Shown here: positions 29,693-41,490 of the stretch, piece after piece
Layout of the letters: each line of letters begins with the position of its first letter
Numbering within the stretch: the first letter of the stretch is position 1
Source: Steroidobacteraceae bacterium
GTDB taxonomy: Bacteria; Pseudomonadota; Gammaproteobacteria; Steroidobacterales; Steroidobacteraceae
Direction of reading: 5' to 3'
DNA length: 64,000 nt
NCBI GenBank assembly: GCA_035624075.1
Contig: DASPSF010000007.1
Coordinates: 4,195 to 68,194 of the forward strand
Notes under the pieces: generated by a model
Database searches by the model: none
What the model was told of the DNA's origin: nothing
What the model saw: only the letters and a program-made list of their open reading frames with translations
Position numbers and translations under genes: made by a program

Positions 29693-30877
29693 ATGTTTGA
29701 ATTAATGGACGCGTACAGCCAGAGCGCCGTCATCAAGGTGATCGGCGTCGGCGGTGGCGGCGGCAACGCCGTGGCGCACATGCTCACCGCCGGCATCGAC
29801 GGGGTCGACTTCATGTGCGTCAACACGGACGCGCAGGCCCTGAAGCACGCCAAGGTGAAGACGGCTCTGCAGATCGGCTGCAACATCACCAAGGGCCTGG
29901 GCGCCGGCGCCGACCCCGAGGTCGGCCGTCAGGCGGCCATGGAGGATCGCGACCGCATCGTCGAGCTGGTCGAAGGCTGCGACATGTTGTTCATCACCGC
30001 CGGCATGGGCGGCGGCACCGGCACGGGCGCGGCCCCGGTGGTGGCGCAGGTGGCCAAGGAGCTCGGCATCCTCACCGTCGCGGTCGTCACCCGGCCGTTC
30101 GAGATGGAGGGCAACAAGCGCGCCTGCGTGGCCGACACCGGCATCGCCGAGCTCTCCAAGTACTGCGACTCGCTGATTACAATTCCTAACCAGAAACTGC
30201 TGACGGTGTTGGGACCGCAGACGACCCTGCTCGATGCCTTCAAGGCGGCCAACCAGGTGCTGCAGGGCGCAGTGCAGGGCATCGCCGAGCTCATCACCCG
30301 CCCGGGCCTGATCAACGTGGATTTCGCCGATGTGCGCACCGTCATGGCCGAGACCGGCATGGCCATGATGGGATCGGGGGCGGCGAGCGGCGAAGGCCGG
30401 GCGCGCGCGGCGGCCGAGAGCGCGGTGTCCTCGCCGTTGCTGGAAGACATCAACCTGGCCGGCGCCCACGGCATCCTGGTAAACGTCACCGCCGGAATGG
30501 ATCTCTCCATTGGGGAATTCCAGGAGGTGGGGCAGATCGTGAAACAATTCGCCTCCGAGGACGCAACGGTGGTGGTCGGCACGGTGATCGACCCGGAGCT
30601 CACCAACCAGGTACGGGTCACGGTGGTCGCGACCGGGCTCGGCCGGCCGGCTGCGGCGGCGCGGCCGATGCAGCGCGAGACGCTCACGGCACGCGATACC
30701 CGTGGGGAGCCGCCGATGCGTGTGGTGCGCCGCGCGCCGCTTTCGAACAGCGACTATGCCGCGCTCGACAAACCGACGGTGCAGCGCCAGCGGGCGGTCG
30801 GCGACGGCCTGCGCCCGGAGGCCGACGCGGAGGAGCTGCTGGATATTCCGGCATTCCTGCGGCGGCAGGCTGATTGA
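29693..30877 (+). CDS. ftsZ: cell division GTPase FtsZ
   Basis: 394 aa with tubulin signature GGGTGTGAAPVVA and the C-terminal peptide DIPAFLRRQAD. Confidence 0.97.
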   Translation: MFELMDAYSQSAVIKVIGVGGGGGNAVAHMLTAGIDGVDFMCVNTDAQALKHAKVKTALQIGCNITKGLGAGADPEVGRQAAMEDRDRIVELVEGCDMLFITAGMGGGTGTGAAPVVAQVAKELGILTVAVVTRPFEMEGNKRACVADTGIAELSKYCDSLITIPNQKLLTVLGPQTTLLDAFKAANQVLQGAVQGIAELITRPGLINVDFADVRTVMAETGMAMMGSGAASGEGRARAAAESAVSSPLLEDINLAGAHGILVNVTAGMDLSIGEFQEVGQIVKQFASEDATVVVGTVIDPELTNQVRVTVVATGLGRPAAAARPMQRETLTARDTRGEPPMRVVRRAPLSNSDYAALDKPTVQRQRAVGDGLRPEADAEELLDIPAFLRRQAD

Positions 30878-31014
30878 TGTGATACGGTAGGATGTCTTAC
30901 ATAACGCTCGGGGAGCGGTCCACCGCGGGTGGCGCTCCCGCGCGCGTTTCGAGGGGCGCTTGTCATCCGCAGCCTGCTGCGGTCGTTTGAGAAGGGCAAC
31001 ACAAGCCTAGTCGC

Positions 31015-31938
31015 ATGGTTGGACAGCGAACGCTCAAAAACTCGATTCGAGCCACCGGCGTCGGGCTGCACACGGGCAAGAAGGTGCTGATGACCCTGCG
31101 CCCGGCGGCGGCCGATTCCGGGATCGTCTTCCGGCGCACCGACCTGCCGCAGCAGGTCGACATACGCGCGCACGCCGAGAATGTCGGCGACACCATGCTC
31201 GGCACGACGCTCGGCAAGGGCGAGGCGCGCGTCTCGACCGTCGAGCACCTGCTGTCGGCGTTCGCGGGCCTCGGCATCGACAACGCCATCGTCGAGCTGT
31301 CGGCACCCGAGGTGCCGATCATGGATGGCAGCGCCGGACCCTTCGTGTTCCTGCTGCAGTCCGCCGGCATCGAGGAGCAGCGCTCGCCGAAACGCTTCAT
31401 CCGCGTGAAGAAGCGGCTGCGCGTCGAGGACGGCGACAAGTGGGCGCAGTTCGATCCCTTCGACGGCTTCAAGGTCAACTTCGAGATCGAGTTCAATCAC
31501 CCAATCTTCAAGCGCCGCGCACAGCGTGCTTCGATGGACTTCTCCACCACGTCATTCCTCAAGGAAGTGAGCCGCGCGCGCACCTTCGGCTTCATGCGCG
31601 ATCTCGAGACGCTGCGGGCGCGCAATCTCGCGCTCGGCGGCAACCTCGACAACGCGATCGTGCTGGATGACTTCCGGGTGTTGAACGAGGACGGGCTGCG
31701 CTACGAGGACGAGTTCGTCAAGCACAAGATCCTGGACGCCATCGGCGACCTGTACCTGCTCGGGCACAGCCTGATCGGCGAATTCAGCGGCCACAAATCC
31801 GGCCACGCGCTCAACAACAAGCTGCTGCGCAACCTGCTGGCCGACACCTCCACCTGGGAAGAGGTCGTGTTCCAGTCGTACAAGGACGCGCCGATCTCCT
31901 ACATCGAGGCGCCGGCGCTGCATCCACCCCGTAGTTAA
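31015..31938 (+). CDS. lpxC: UDP-3-O-acyl-N-acetylglucosamine deacetylase
   Basis: 307 aa: [43 protein letters not shown]. Confidence 0.95.
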   Translation: MVGQRTLKNSIRATGVGLHTGKKVLMTLRPAAADSGIVFRRTDLPQQVDIRAHAENVGDTMLGTTLGKGEARVSTVEHLLSAFAGLGIDNAIVELSAPEVPIMDGSAGPFVFLLQSAGIEEQRSPKRFIRVKKRLRVEDGDKWAQFDPFDGFKVNFEIEFNHPIFKRRAQRASMDFSTTSFLKEVSRARTFGFMRDLETLRARNLALGGNLDNAIVLDDFRVLNEDGLRYEDEFVKHKILDAIGDLYLLGHSLIGEFSGHKSGHALNNKLLRNLLADTSTWEEVVFQSYKDAPISYIEAPALHPPRS

Positions 31939-31942
31939 TGTC

Positions 31943-32308
31943 CTAATCGCGCGGTTTCACCCGCACCACGACCGTGGTGAGGCCGGTCGCGGCATCGAAG
32001 ATCTGGCGCTCGAGGTCCTGGACCGCGAAGCGCAGCCGCGCGGACCAGGCGGCGGACTCGGCGAATATGACCAGGGTGTCGTCGCGCTCGACCACACCCG
32101 ATACGCGCGGACGGATCTCCGCGGGGAGGCGGTTGGACAGCCATGCGTCCCAGAAGTTGGCGCGCGCAGCCGCAGTTGTGACGCGCTTCAAGATCGGCGC
32201 TCGCTGCGCGAGCAGATCCTTAACAGAATCCGGCCGTCGCCGATAACCGACGGGACCAGTCCTCAGTGTGGAACTGCCGCGCTTGTCTCGTCGGACCTTC
32301 TTGGGCAT
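31943..32308 (-). CDS. dciA: DciA (DUF721) replicative-helicase operator-like protein
   Basis: Only the C-terminal 121 codons of ORF 31943..32854 look coding: MPKKVRRDKRG...SVKDLLAQRAPILKRV...WLSNRLPAEIRPRVSGVVERDDTLVIFAESAAWSARLRFAVQDLERQI. The position between lpxC and the M23 peptidase-secA pair matches Pseudomonas as I remember it. The start codon (32308) is uncertain. Confidence 0.65.
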   Translation of the reverse strand: MPKKVRRDKRGSSTLRTGPVGYRRRPDSVKDLLAQRAPILKRVTTAAARANFWDAWLSNRLPAEIRPRVSGVVERDDTLVIFAESAAWSARLRFAVQDLERQIFDAATGLTTVVVRVKPRD

Positions 32309-32311
32309 ATT
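32283..32311 (+). promoter_or_regulatory. candidate sigma70 promoter for the riboswitch-M23 peptidase transcript
   Basis: TTGTCT (32283-32288), a 17-nt spacer, then CATATT (32306-32311). The predicted start is just upstream of the aptamer P1. The -10 element overlaps the dciA start codon on the other strand. The hexamers are weak. Confidence 0.3.
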
Positions 32312-32319
32312 GAGACCGA

Positions 32320-32413
32320 AGCTGTATCGGCAAACCCGCTGAAAGGCGGGGACGCAAAGCCACCGGTCTAAAGCGAGGAGCCATGACGGCGGGGTTGCCA
32401 GCATCGTACAGGT
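32320..32413 (+). promoter_or_regulatory. c-di-GMP-I (GEMM-I) riboswitch aptamer
   Basis: The conserved blocks appear in the right order and spacing. They are GGCAAACC; a CCCGCT-GAAA-GGCGGG hairpin with a GNRA loop; GACGCAAAGCC; CCGGTCTAAAG (tetraloop-receptor-like CUAAA); and GGGGTTGCC. An outer helix CTGTA (32322-32326) / TACAG (32407-32411) closes the element. This closely parallels the V. cholerae Vc2 aptamer sequence as I remember it. It lies about 100 nt upstream of the M23 peptidase ATG. Confidence 0.75.
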
Positions 32414-32516
32414 ATTTATCTGAACGAGAACAGGGCGATACACGCTCGGGGCGCAGGCCCGGATCCGGTTTTGGCTCGCGGCGGAGGGTGACATAACCCA
32501 CCGCGAAACGTATGGC

Positions 32517-33431
32517 ATGAACGTAATTCTTCTATCCAGGCGCGACGGCAAGGCACGCCAGTTCAATCTGGCCAAGCCGCTGACGTTGGGCGTCCTCCTC
32601 ACGGTGACCGCGGTCATCGTCGGGGGGGCGTTTACGCTCGGCTTGCAGCTCGGCAAGGGCGTACACCGCGAGCTGGCGCTCGCCGAGACCACGCGCTTCG
32701 CCGCGCTCCTCGCCCAGCAGAAACAGGAGATCGCCGGCCTCAAGCAGCAGTTGCAGCTGCGGATCGACGCCATGGCGATGCGCATCGGCGAGGTGAACGC
32801 CCACGTCATCCGGCTCGATGCGCTCGGCAAGCGCCTCACGGAGATGGCCGACATCGACAGCCGTGAATTCGACTTCGACCGCGATCCGCCGGCCGGCGGT
32901 CCCGAAGGCGAGGGCGTGAGCGCCCAGATCCCCGATCTCTCGCAGATGCTCGTGCAGCTCGAGCGGCGCGCGGATCTGCGCGAATCGCAGCTCGCCGCGC
33001 TCGAGAACGTGATCCTGACGCGCGAGCTGAAGGAAGAGATTCACCCCGAGGGCCGGCCGGTCTCGACCGGCTACATCTCCTCTTATTTCGGCGAGCGCGC
33101 CGATCCCTTCGACGGCCTCGAGAAATTCCACAAGGGCGTCGATTTCGCCGGCAACCTGGGCAGCGAGGTGGTGGCGGTGGCGGCCGGCGTGGTCACCTGG
33201 GCAGGCGAGCGCTCAGGCTACGGCAAGCTGATCGAGATCAATCACGGCGATGGCTACTCGACCCGCTACGCGCACAACGAGCGCACGCTGGTCGCCGTCG
33301 GGCAGACCGTCAAGCGCGGCGAGTCGATCGCGCTCATGGGCTCGACCGGGCACTCCACCGGGCCGCACGTGCACTTCGAAGTGCTGAAGAACGGCCGCCA
33401 GGTCGACCCGCTGTCGTTCATCGGCCGCTAG
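32517..33431 (+). CDS. M23 family metallopeptidase (EnvC/NlpD-like, N-terminal TM segment plus coiled coil)
   Basis: 304 aa with TM segment LTLGVLLTVTAVIVGGAF, a coiled-coil region and a LytM domain HKGVDFAG...INHGDGYSTRYAHN...GSTGHSTGPHVHFEV. Confidence 0.88.
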   Translation: MNVILLSRRDGKARQFNLAKPLTLGVLLTVTAVIVGGAFTLGLQLGKGVHRELALAETTRFAALLAQQKQEIAGLKQQLQLRIDAMAMRIGEVNAHVIRLDALGKRLTEMADIDSREFDFDRDPPAGGPEGEGVSAQIPDLSQMLVQLERRADLRESQLAALENVILTRELKEEIHPEGRPVSTGYISSYFGERADPFDGLEKFHKGVDFAGNLGSEVVAVAAGVVTWAGERSGYGKLIEINHGDGYSTRYAHNERTLVAVGQTVKRGESIALMGSTGHSTGPHVHFEVLKNGRQVDPLSFIGR

Positions 33432-33575
33432 GCCCTTCCCACCTTGAATTCGCCCGCCCGAGAACCAATTGGGCGGTAGTCACGTCTATTGCGTACAATA
33501 CGCCGCTTCGTGAGCCCGGGGCAGGCGATAAGTGCTTGTCGGGCAAGATATTTTCTCTCTTCTTACGGATAACCT

Positions 33576-36398
<2,823 letters not shown>

Positions 36399-36427
36399 GC
36401 GCTGCGTACGCCTGGCGCCTGGCTCCC

Positions 36428-36835
36428 ATGATCCTGGTCGTGGCGGCGGCACTCTACGACGCTCGCGGTCGGGTCCTCATCGCGCAACGGCCGCAGGGTA
36501 AGCATCAGGCGGGCCGCTGGGAGTTCCCGGGAGGCAAGGTGGCGCCGGGCGAGTCCGAGGCCGCCGCGCTCGCACGCGAGCTGCACGAGGAGCTCGGCAT
36601 CGATGTGACCGCGAGCCGGCCGTTCATGAGGCTCGAGCATTCCTACCCGGACGCCCAAGTCGAGCTTTCGATGTGGATCGTCGAGCGTTTTTCCGGAAGT
36701 CCGCGCGGCCTCGATGGACAGAAGCTCCGTTGGGTCGCGCCCGCGGACCTCATGCACGCGGATCTGCTCGAAGCCGACCGGCCGTTCGTCGAGGCGCTGC
36801 GGGATCTGCCGCCACCGCAAGCTCTTGAAGCTTGA
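36428..36835 (+). CDS. mutT: 8-oxo-dGTP diphosphatase (Nudix hydrolase)
   Basis: Internal ATG at 36428. Nudix box GGKVAPGESEAAALARELHEELGI. Conserved secA-mutT adjacency. Confidence 0.85.
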   Translation: MILVVAAALYDARGRVLIAQRPQGKHQAGRWEFPGGKVAPGESEAAALARELHEELGIDVTASRPFMRLEHSYPDAQVELSMWIVERFSGSPRGLDGQKLRWVAPADLMHADLLEADRPFVEALRDLPPPQALEA

Positions 36836-36893
36836 GGCCCGGGCCCGCATTGGGGGGCGTGTACAATGACTTCAGCAACGAAATGGAATTGAT

Positions 36894-37289
36894 ATGGCCG
36901 CTCCGAATGATCTTCCCGAAGTCGAGCTCGACCCCAGGAACCTCTACCGCGAGGACGTCTTCACCGATCGCCGCGCGGGCAGCATCCGCCGCCTGACGCC
37001 GGTGACGGCCGACGGCTCGCCCGATGCCGGGCGCGCGGTGCTGTTCTCCGGTCAGACGCAGCTGCTCACCCCGGCGGGAATTCTGCCGCTCGGGTTCGAG
37101 ATCGAGGCCGGCACGCTCGAGGAGGCGCTCAAGAAATTCCCGGACGGCGTCAAGGTCGCGCTCGAGCAGGCGATCGATGAGGCGCGGGAGCTGCGCCGCG
37201 AGGCCGCCTCGCGCATCGTGGTCCCGGAAGTCGGTGTGGGTGCCGGGCCCGCGCCCGGTGCCGGCGGCGGCAAGATCAAGTTCCCCTAG
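36894..37289 (+). CDS. conserved-looking small hypothetical protein (no signal peptide, Gly/Pro-rich C-terminal tail)
   Basis: 131 aa: MAAPNDLPEVELDPRNLYREDVFTDRRAGSIRRLTPVTADGSP...REAASRIVVPEVGVGAGPAPGAGGGKIKFP. The stop lies 2 nt before the prolyl oligopeptidase ATG. I recognise no family confidently. Confidence 0.55.
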   Translation: MAAPNDLPEVELDPRNLYREDVFTDRRAGSIRRLTPVTADGSPDAGRAVLFSGQTQLLTPAGILPLGFEIEAGTLEEALKKFPDGVKVALEQAIDEARELRREAASRIVVPEVGVGAGPAPGAGGGKIKFP

Positions 37290-37291
37290 CC

Positions 37292-39577
37292 ATGAAAGCC
37301 GAGCGCTCCCTCTGGGTCGCGGCGACCCTGGCCGCCTTGAGTTTCGGCGCCCTGCTCGCGGCCTGCGAGAGCGCGCAGCTCGGCAACCGCGAGCCGGCCT
37401 CGGGCCCGGGACCCGGCGGCAAGCCGATGCCCACGGCCTCGGAAACGGTGATCGGGGTGCCGCCGGTGGCCAGCGCGCCGACCGTAGCCGCTGCGCCGAT
37501 CTATCCGCTCACGGCCCAGGTCGGTGTCAGTGACAATTTCTTCGGCACACACGTCGCCGATCCCTACCGCTGGCTCGAGGATCTCGGCTCGCCGGCGGTG
37601 GCGCAGTGGGTGGCGGCGCAGAACGCCGTGTCCCGGCCCCTGCTCGAGGAGCTTCCGCAGCGCGCGTGGCTGAAGAAGCGCCTCACCGAGCTGTGGAACT
37701 ACGAGCGCTACGACCTGCCGGTCAAGCGCGGCGCACATTATTTCTACCTGCGCAACGACGGCAGGCAGAACCAGAGCGTGCTGTACGTCTCCGAGCGGCT
37801 CGAGACGGACGGGCGCGTGCTGTTCGATCCGAACACGGTACGCGCCGATGCCACCGTCGCGCTCGCGGAGTTCACGCCGGACGAGCAGGGGAGCGTGGTC
37901 GCCTACGCCACCTCCGACGGCGGCACGGACTGGCAGATCTGGCGCTTCCGCCGCGTGAGCGATGCGACCGATCTCCCCGACGAGCTGCGCTACACCAAGT
38001 TCTGGGGGGTGTCTTGGGCTCACGACGGCTCGGGGGTCTACTACAGCCGCTATCCGACGCTCGCCGAGGGGCGCGGTGACGATGCCGGGCGGCCGGCGCT
38101 CTACTTTCACGCGCTCGGCACCCCGCAGGACCAGGACCGCCTGGTGTACGAGGTGAAGGATAACGCGACCCGCATTCCCTCCGGCCGCGTGACCGAGGAC
38201 GGCAGCTACCTCGTCATCACGCTGGTCGAGGGCTACGAGACGAACGGCGTGGAGCTCCTCGACCTGCGCCGCCCGGGGGCGAAGCCGCAGCCACTGTTCG
38301 CCGAGTGGGACGCGCTCTACACCTTCATCGGCGCGCGCGGCGATGAGCTCTATTTCCGCACCACCAAGGATGCACCCTTCGGCCGCGTCATCGCGGTGGA
38401 TGCGCGCGGCGCCCCACCCGTGCCACGCACCGTGGTGCCCGAGGGCAGCACGGCTCTGGAAGAGGCGAGCTATGTGGGCGGGCGCATCCTCGCGCGCTAC
38501 GTGGAGGACGCCCACGGCGTGGCGCGCGTCTACGAGCGCGACGGCCGGCCGGTCGGCGAGGTGCCGCTGCCCGGCAAGGGCGGAGTCGACGGCCTGCGCG
38601 GCGAGGGCAGGCAGACGGAGACCTTCTTCGGCTACACCGACTACCTGACACCGCACCGCATCTATCGGCTCGACGTCGCCTCGAACCAGGCGACGCTATG
38701 GCGCGAGCCGCACCTCCCGGCCGCGACTGCCGCCTACGTGACCGAGCAGGTGTTCTTCCACAGCAAGGACGGCACACGCGTGCCGATGTACATCACGCAC
38801 CAGCGAGACGCGCCTAAGGACAGCAACCAGCCGGTGCTGCTCTACGGTTATGGCGGATTCAACGTCTCGCTCACGCCGCAATTCCGCCCGCAGGTGCTGG
38901 CATGGCTCGAGCTGGGCGGCGTCTATGCCGAGGCCAACCTGCGCGGCGGCGGGGAGTACGGCGAGGCCTGGCACAAGGCCGGTACGCTCGCCAACAAGCA
39001 GCACGTGTTCGATGACTTCATTGCCGCCGGCGAGTACCTGATCCGCGAGCACTATACGCGCAGCGCGCGCTTGGGGATTTACGGCCGCAGCAACGGCGGG
39101 TTGCTGATCGGCGCGGTGCTGACGCAGCGGCCCGAGCTGTTCGGCGTGGCGCTGCCGGCGGTGGGTGTGCTCGACATGCTGCGCTACCAGACCGCGAGCG
39201 CCAACGCGCGCCAGTGGTCGTCGGACTTCGGGCTCGCCGAGGACAGTGAGCAGTTTCGCGCCCTGTATGCCTATTCGCCGTACCAGAACGTGAAGAAGGG
39301 CACCTGCTATCCGCCGACCCTCATCACGACTGCGGACCACGACGATCGCGTCGTGCCGTGGCACAGCTACAAGTTCGCGGCGGCGCTGCAGGCGGCGCAG
39401 AGCTGCCCCAATCCCGTCCTGATCCGCGTCGAGACCCGCGCCGGCCACGGCGCCGGTAAACCCGTCTGGATGCAGATCGACGACTACGCCGACCAGTGGG
39501 CGTTTCTCGCCAAGTGGCTGGGGGTGAGCGCGCCGGGGGCCGAGCCGCAGGGGCCGGCCCCTGCGGGAGCGCCTTGA
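37292..39577 (+). CDS. prolyl oligopeptidase (S9A family) lipoprotein
   Basis: 761 aa with lipobox LLAACES, an N-terminal beta-propeller region (DPYRWLED) and catalytic Ser in GRSNGGLL. Asp/His contexts are ADHDDRVVPWHS and RAGHGAG. Confidence 0.9.
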   Translation: MKAERSLWVAATLAALSFGALLAACESAQLGNREPASGPGPGGKPMPTASETVIGVPPVASAPTVAAAPIYPLTAQVGVSDNFFGTHVADPYRWLEDLGSPAVAQWVAAQNAVSRPLLEELPQRAWLKKRLTELWNYERYDLPVKRGAHYFYLRNDGRQNQSVLYVSERLETDGRVLFDPNTVRADATVALAEFTPDEQGSVVAYATSDGGTDWQIWRFRRVSDATDLPDELRYTKFWGVSWAHDGSGVYYSRYPTLAEGRGDDAGRPALYFHALGTPQDQDRLVYEVKDNATRIPSGRVTEDGSYLVITLVEGYETNGVELLDLRRPGAKPQPLFAEWDALYTFIGARGDELYFRTTKDAPFGRVIAVDARGAPPVPRTVVPEGSTALEEASYVGGRILARYVEDAHGVARVYERDGRPVGEVPLPGKGGVDGLRGEGRQTETFFGYTDYLTPHRIYRLDVASNQATLWREPHLPAATAAYVTEQVFFHSKDGTRVPMYITHQRDAPKDSNQPVLLYGYGGFNVSLTPQFRPQVLAWLELGGVYAEANLRGGGEYGEAWHKAGTLANKQHVFDDFIAAGEYLIREHYTRSARLGIYGRSNGGLLIGAVLTQRPELFGVALPAVGVLDMLRYQTASANARQWSSDFGLAEDSEQFRALYAYSPYQNVKKGTCYPPTLITTADHDDRVVPWHSYKFAAALQAAQSCPNPVLIRVETRAGHGAGKPVWMQIDDYADQWAFLAKWLGVSAPGAEPQGPAPAGAP

Positions 39578-39602
39578 GGCGGTGCGCGACCGTTGACCAC
39601 CG

Positions 39603-40358
39603 TCAATTGCCGCGGATCAGCGCGCGGACCTGCTGCGTCCTCAGGTCGAACACCGCGAGTACGCGGCGGCTTCCGCCCCACATGAGCATCGTGTTGGCCT
39701 GATCGGCCGGCAGCCCCAACTGCGCGATGCGGCTCTCGAGCGCGTGCTTTTCCGCCGGGGAGAAGTAGTGCAGCTCATCGAGCCGCACGAGACGCTCGCG
39801 CAACTCGGGCAGTCCCTGCTCCCAGGGCCGGAAATAGCGCGGCATCTGGATGACGTCCGTCCCGCCGAATGCTGAGCCCAACACGATCTTCTTTGCCTCT
39901 TCGGGGTTATCCGGCAACGGCGCCCAGATCCAGCGCGGCAGGCTGTACCACCAGGGAGCGAGCGCCGGATTCTCGCGGCGCCCTGCCACGATGTCGTCCC
40001 ACCGGAGGTCCGATGCCTGCACGAGTTCCAGCCGGTCGACCGAGAAGGTGTAGTAGAGCGGCCGCCCCTGCCAGAGCGTGACGCTGCCGTAACCGAGCGC
40101 AATCAGCTGCACCGCGACGATGATCGCGATGTCGCGGGCCAGCTCCGTGCGGCTCTTGCCCGGGTTCGCCACGATCAGCGTCAACGACGGCCCGAGTACC
40201 AGGTCCACCATGACCACGATACCGACGACGTGCAGCACGCCGGCCAGATACCACCCGGGCCAGCGGTACCAGCCGAGCCAGAAGGCGCCCAACACCAGCG
40301 TGAGTGCGAGCGCGCTGCCTGCGAGGTGCAGGCCGAACGCCTGAAGGCGCAAGCTCAT
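39603..40358 (-). CDS. integral membrane protein, possible TfpX/TfpZ/FimB-type type IV pilin accessory protein
   Basis: Internal ATG at 40358 of ORF 39603..40541 (ATGA overlap with the yacG stop). 251 aa with three predicted TM segments, including [20 protein letters not shown], which I remember as characteristic of pilin accessory proteins. The family call is from memory only. Confidence 0.45.
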   Translation of the reverse strand: MSLRLQAFGLHLAGSALALTLVLGAFWLGWYRWPGWYLAGVLHVVGIVVMVDLVLGPSLTLIVANPGKSRTELARDIAIIVAVQLIALGYGSVTLWQGRPLYYTFSVDRLELVQASDLRWDDIVAGRRENPALAPWWYSLPRWIWAPLPDNPEEAKKIVLGSAFGGTDVIQMPRYFRPWEQGLPELRERLVRLDELHYFSPAEKHALESRIAQLGLPADQANTMLMWGGSRRVLAVFDLRTQQVRALIRGN

Positions 40359-40561
40359 GAGCGTGGGGGTTTGGCCGGCGTCTGGGGCGGCGGGTTTTCC
40401 TCGGGTGCGGCCGCCGGGTCGCCCGGGATCGCGCGTTGCTCCGAAAACCAGGCGCCGAGGTCGATCAGCCGGCAGCGCTCGCTGCAGAAGGGACGGAACG
40501 GCGCGCTCGCCCAGTCGAGCTCGCGTCCGCATGTGGGACATGCAACCGTCGTGGGACTCAC
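40355..40561 (-). CDS. yacG: DNA gyrase inhibitor YacG (zinc finger)
   Basis: 68 aa: [10 protein letters not shown]...[15 protein letters not shown]. Confidence 0.88.
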   Translation of the reverse strand: MSPTTVACPTCGRELDWASAPFRPFCSERCRLIDLGAWFSEQRAIPGDPAAAPEENPPPQTPAKPPRS

Positions 40562-40574
40562 CGCCGCGGGCGCC

Positions 40575-41447
40575 TCAGGTGCAGCAGCTGAGCGTGAATG
40601 GGACGTCTTCCTCGGTCTGGGTCGGGCGCGAGCTGAGGCCGTTCCAGGCGAGGAAGCGCAGATTGCAGCGGTGGTGGCTGCCGCTGATCTCCGGATAGAG
40701 TCCCGCCGCAGCCGGCAGCGAGATGCGCAGCAGCTGCAGCGGGTGGTCGCGATCGAACGCGATGTTGAAGGTTCCGCCCTTTGCGACTTCCTCGCGTGTT
40801 CGCCCGTTCTGGCGCGTGAGCCACAGGAGCTCGGCGATCGCGTCGCACAACGGCCGCAGCAGCCCGAGCCACTGACTGAACGCGCGCATGCGCTGCTCGT
40901 CGGGCTGCGAGAGCCAGAAGTAATAATCCGGCAGGTCGAACTCGCAGGTGCCTCCGGGTATCGCCGTGCGCAGCTTGATGGCGTTGAGGAACTCCGAGTC
41001 GCGCAGCGGCTGCAAGACCGCGGAGCCTGCTCCCGTCAGATCGGCCCGTAGCCGGAGCAGATTCGACATCAGGGTCTTCAGGCGCTGCGCGTCCACCCCG
41101 GGGCGGGACTGGAACTCGTTGAGCGAGGCGAGCTGGCTCTCGAGCTCCTTGAGCACGTCCGAGCGGACATCGCCGCGCGTCATGATGGCGAGGATATCGA
41201 TCAGGCTCGACATGGCGGAGCGGCTGCCCCACTGGCTCGCCATCTCGTTGTGATACAGGGCCTGGTTGTAGAGGAAGTCGAGCCGCAGGAAGGTGCGCAT
41301 GCGCTCATTCAACGGCTGCTCGAACACGAGCAGCCCGGCCTCGGGCTCAGCCGCCGCGGCGACCTCGGACTCGGACAGGGCGGATTCGACCATGGCGCTA
41401 TTGTGCTTGACGCGTGCCGGGTCCGTAAACGGCCGCGGAGCGCTCAC
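40575..41447 (-). CDS. zapD: cell division protein ZapD
   Basis: [23 protein letters not shown] aligns with E. coli [20 protein letters not shown]. C-terminus ...[17 protein letters not shown]...FTLSCCT. The true start may be the downstream ATG at 41393. Confidence 0.85.
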   Translation of the reverse strand: MSAPRPFTDPARVKHNSAMVESALSESEVAAAAEPEAGLLVFEQPLNERMRTFLRLDFLYNQALYHNEMASQWGSRSAMSSLIDILAIMTRGDVRSDVLKELESQLASLNEFQSRPGVDAQRLKTLMSNLLRLRADLTGAGSAVLQPLRDSEFLNAIKLRTAIPGGTCEFDLPDYYFWLSQPDEQRMRAFSQWLGLLRPLCDAIAELLWLTRQNGRTREEVAKGGTFNIAFDRDHPLQLLRISLPAAAGLYPEISGSHHRCNLRFLAWNGLSSRPTQTEEDVPFTLSCCT

Positions 41448-41490
41448 GCAGCCTGAGGCGCCGCGTTGGTGGCGCGGACTGCGCGCTCCT

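Noticed and set aside
31943-32854. Full 303-aa version of the dciA-containing ORF
   Set aside because: Its N-terminal 182 codons run antisense through the GEMM-I element and into the M23 peptidase gene. They translate to Cys/Ser/Arg-rich sequence with no DUF721 similarity. Only 31943..32308 was kept.
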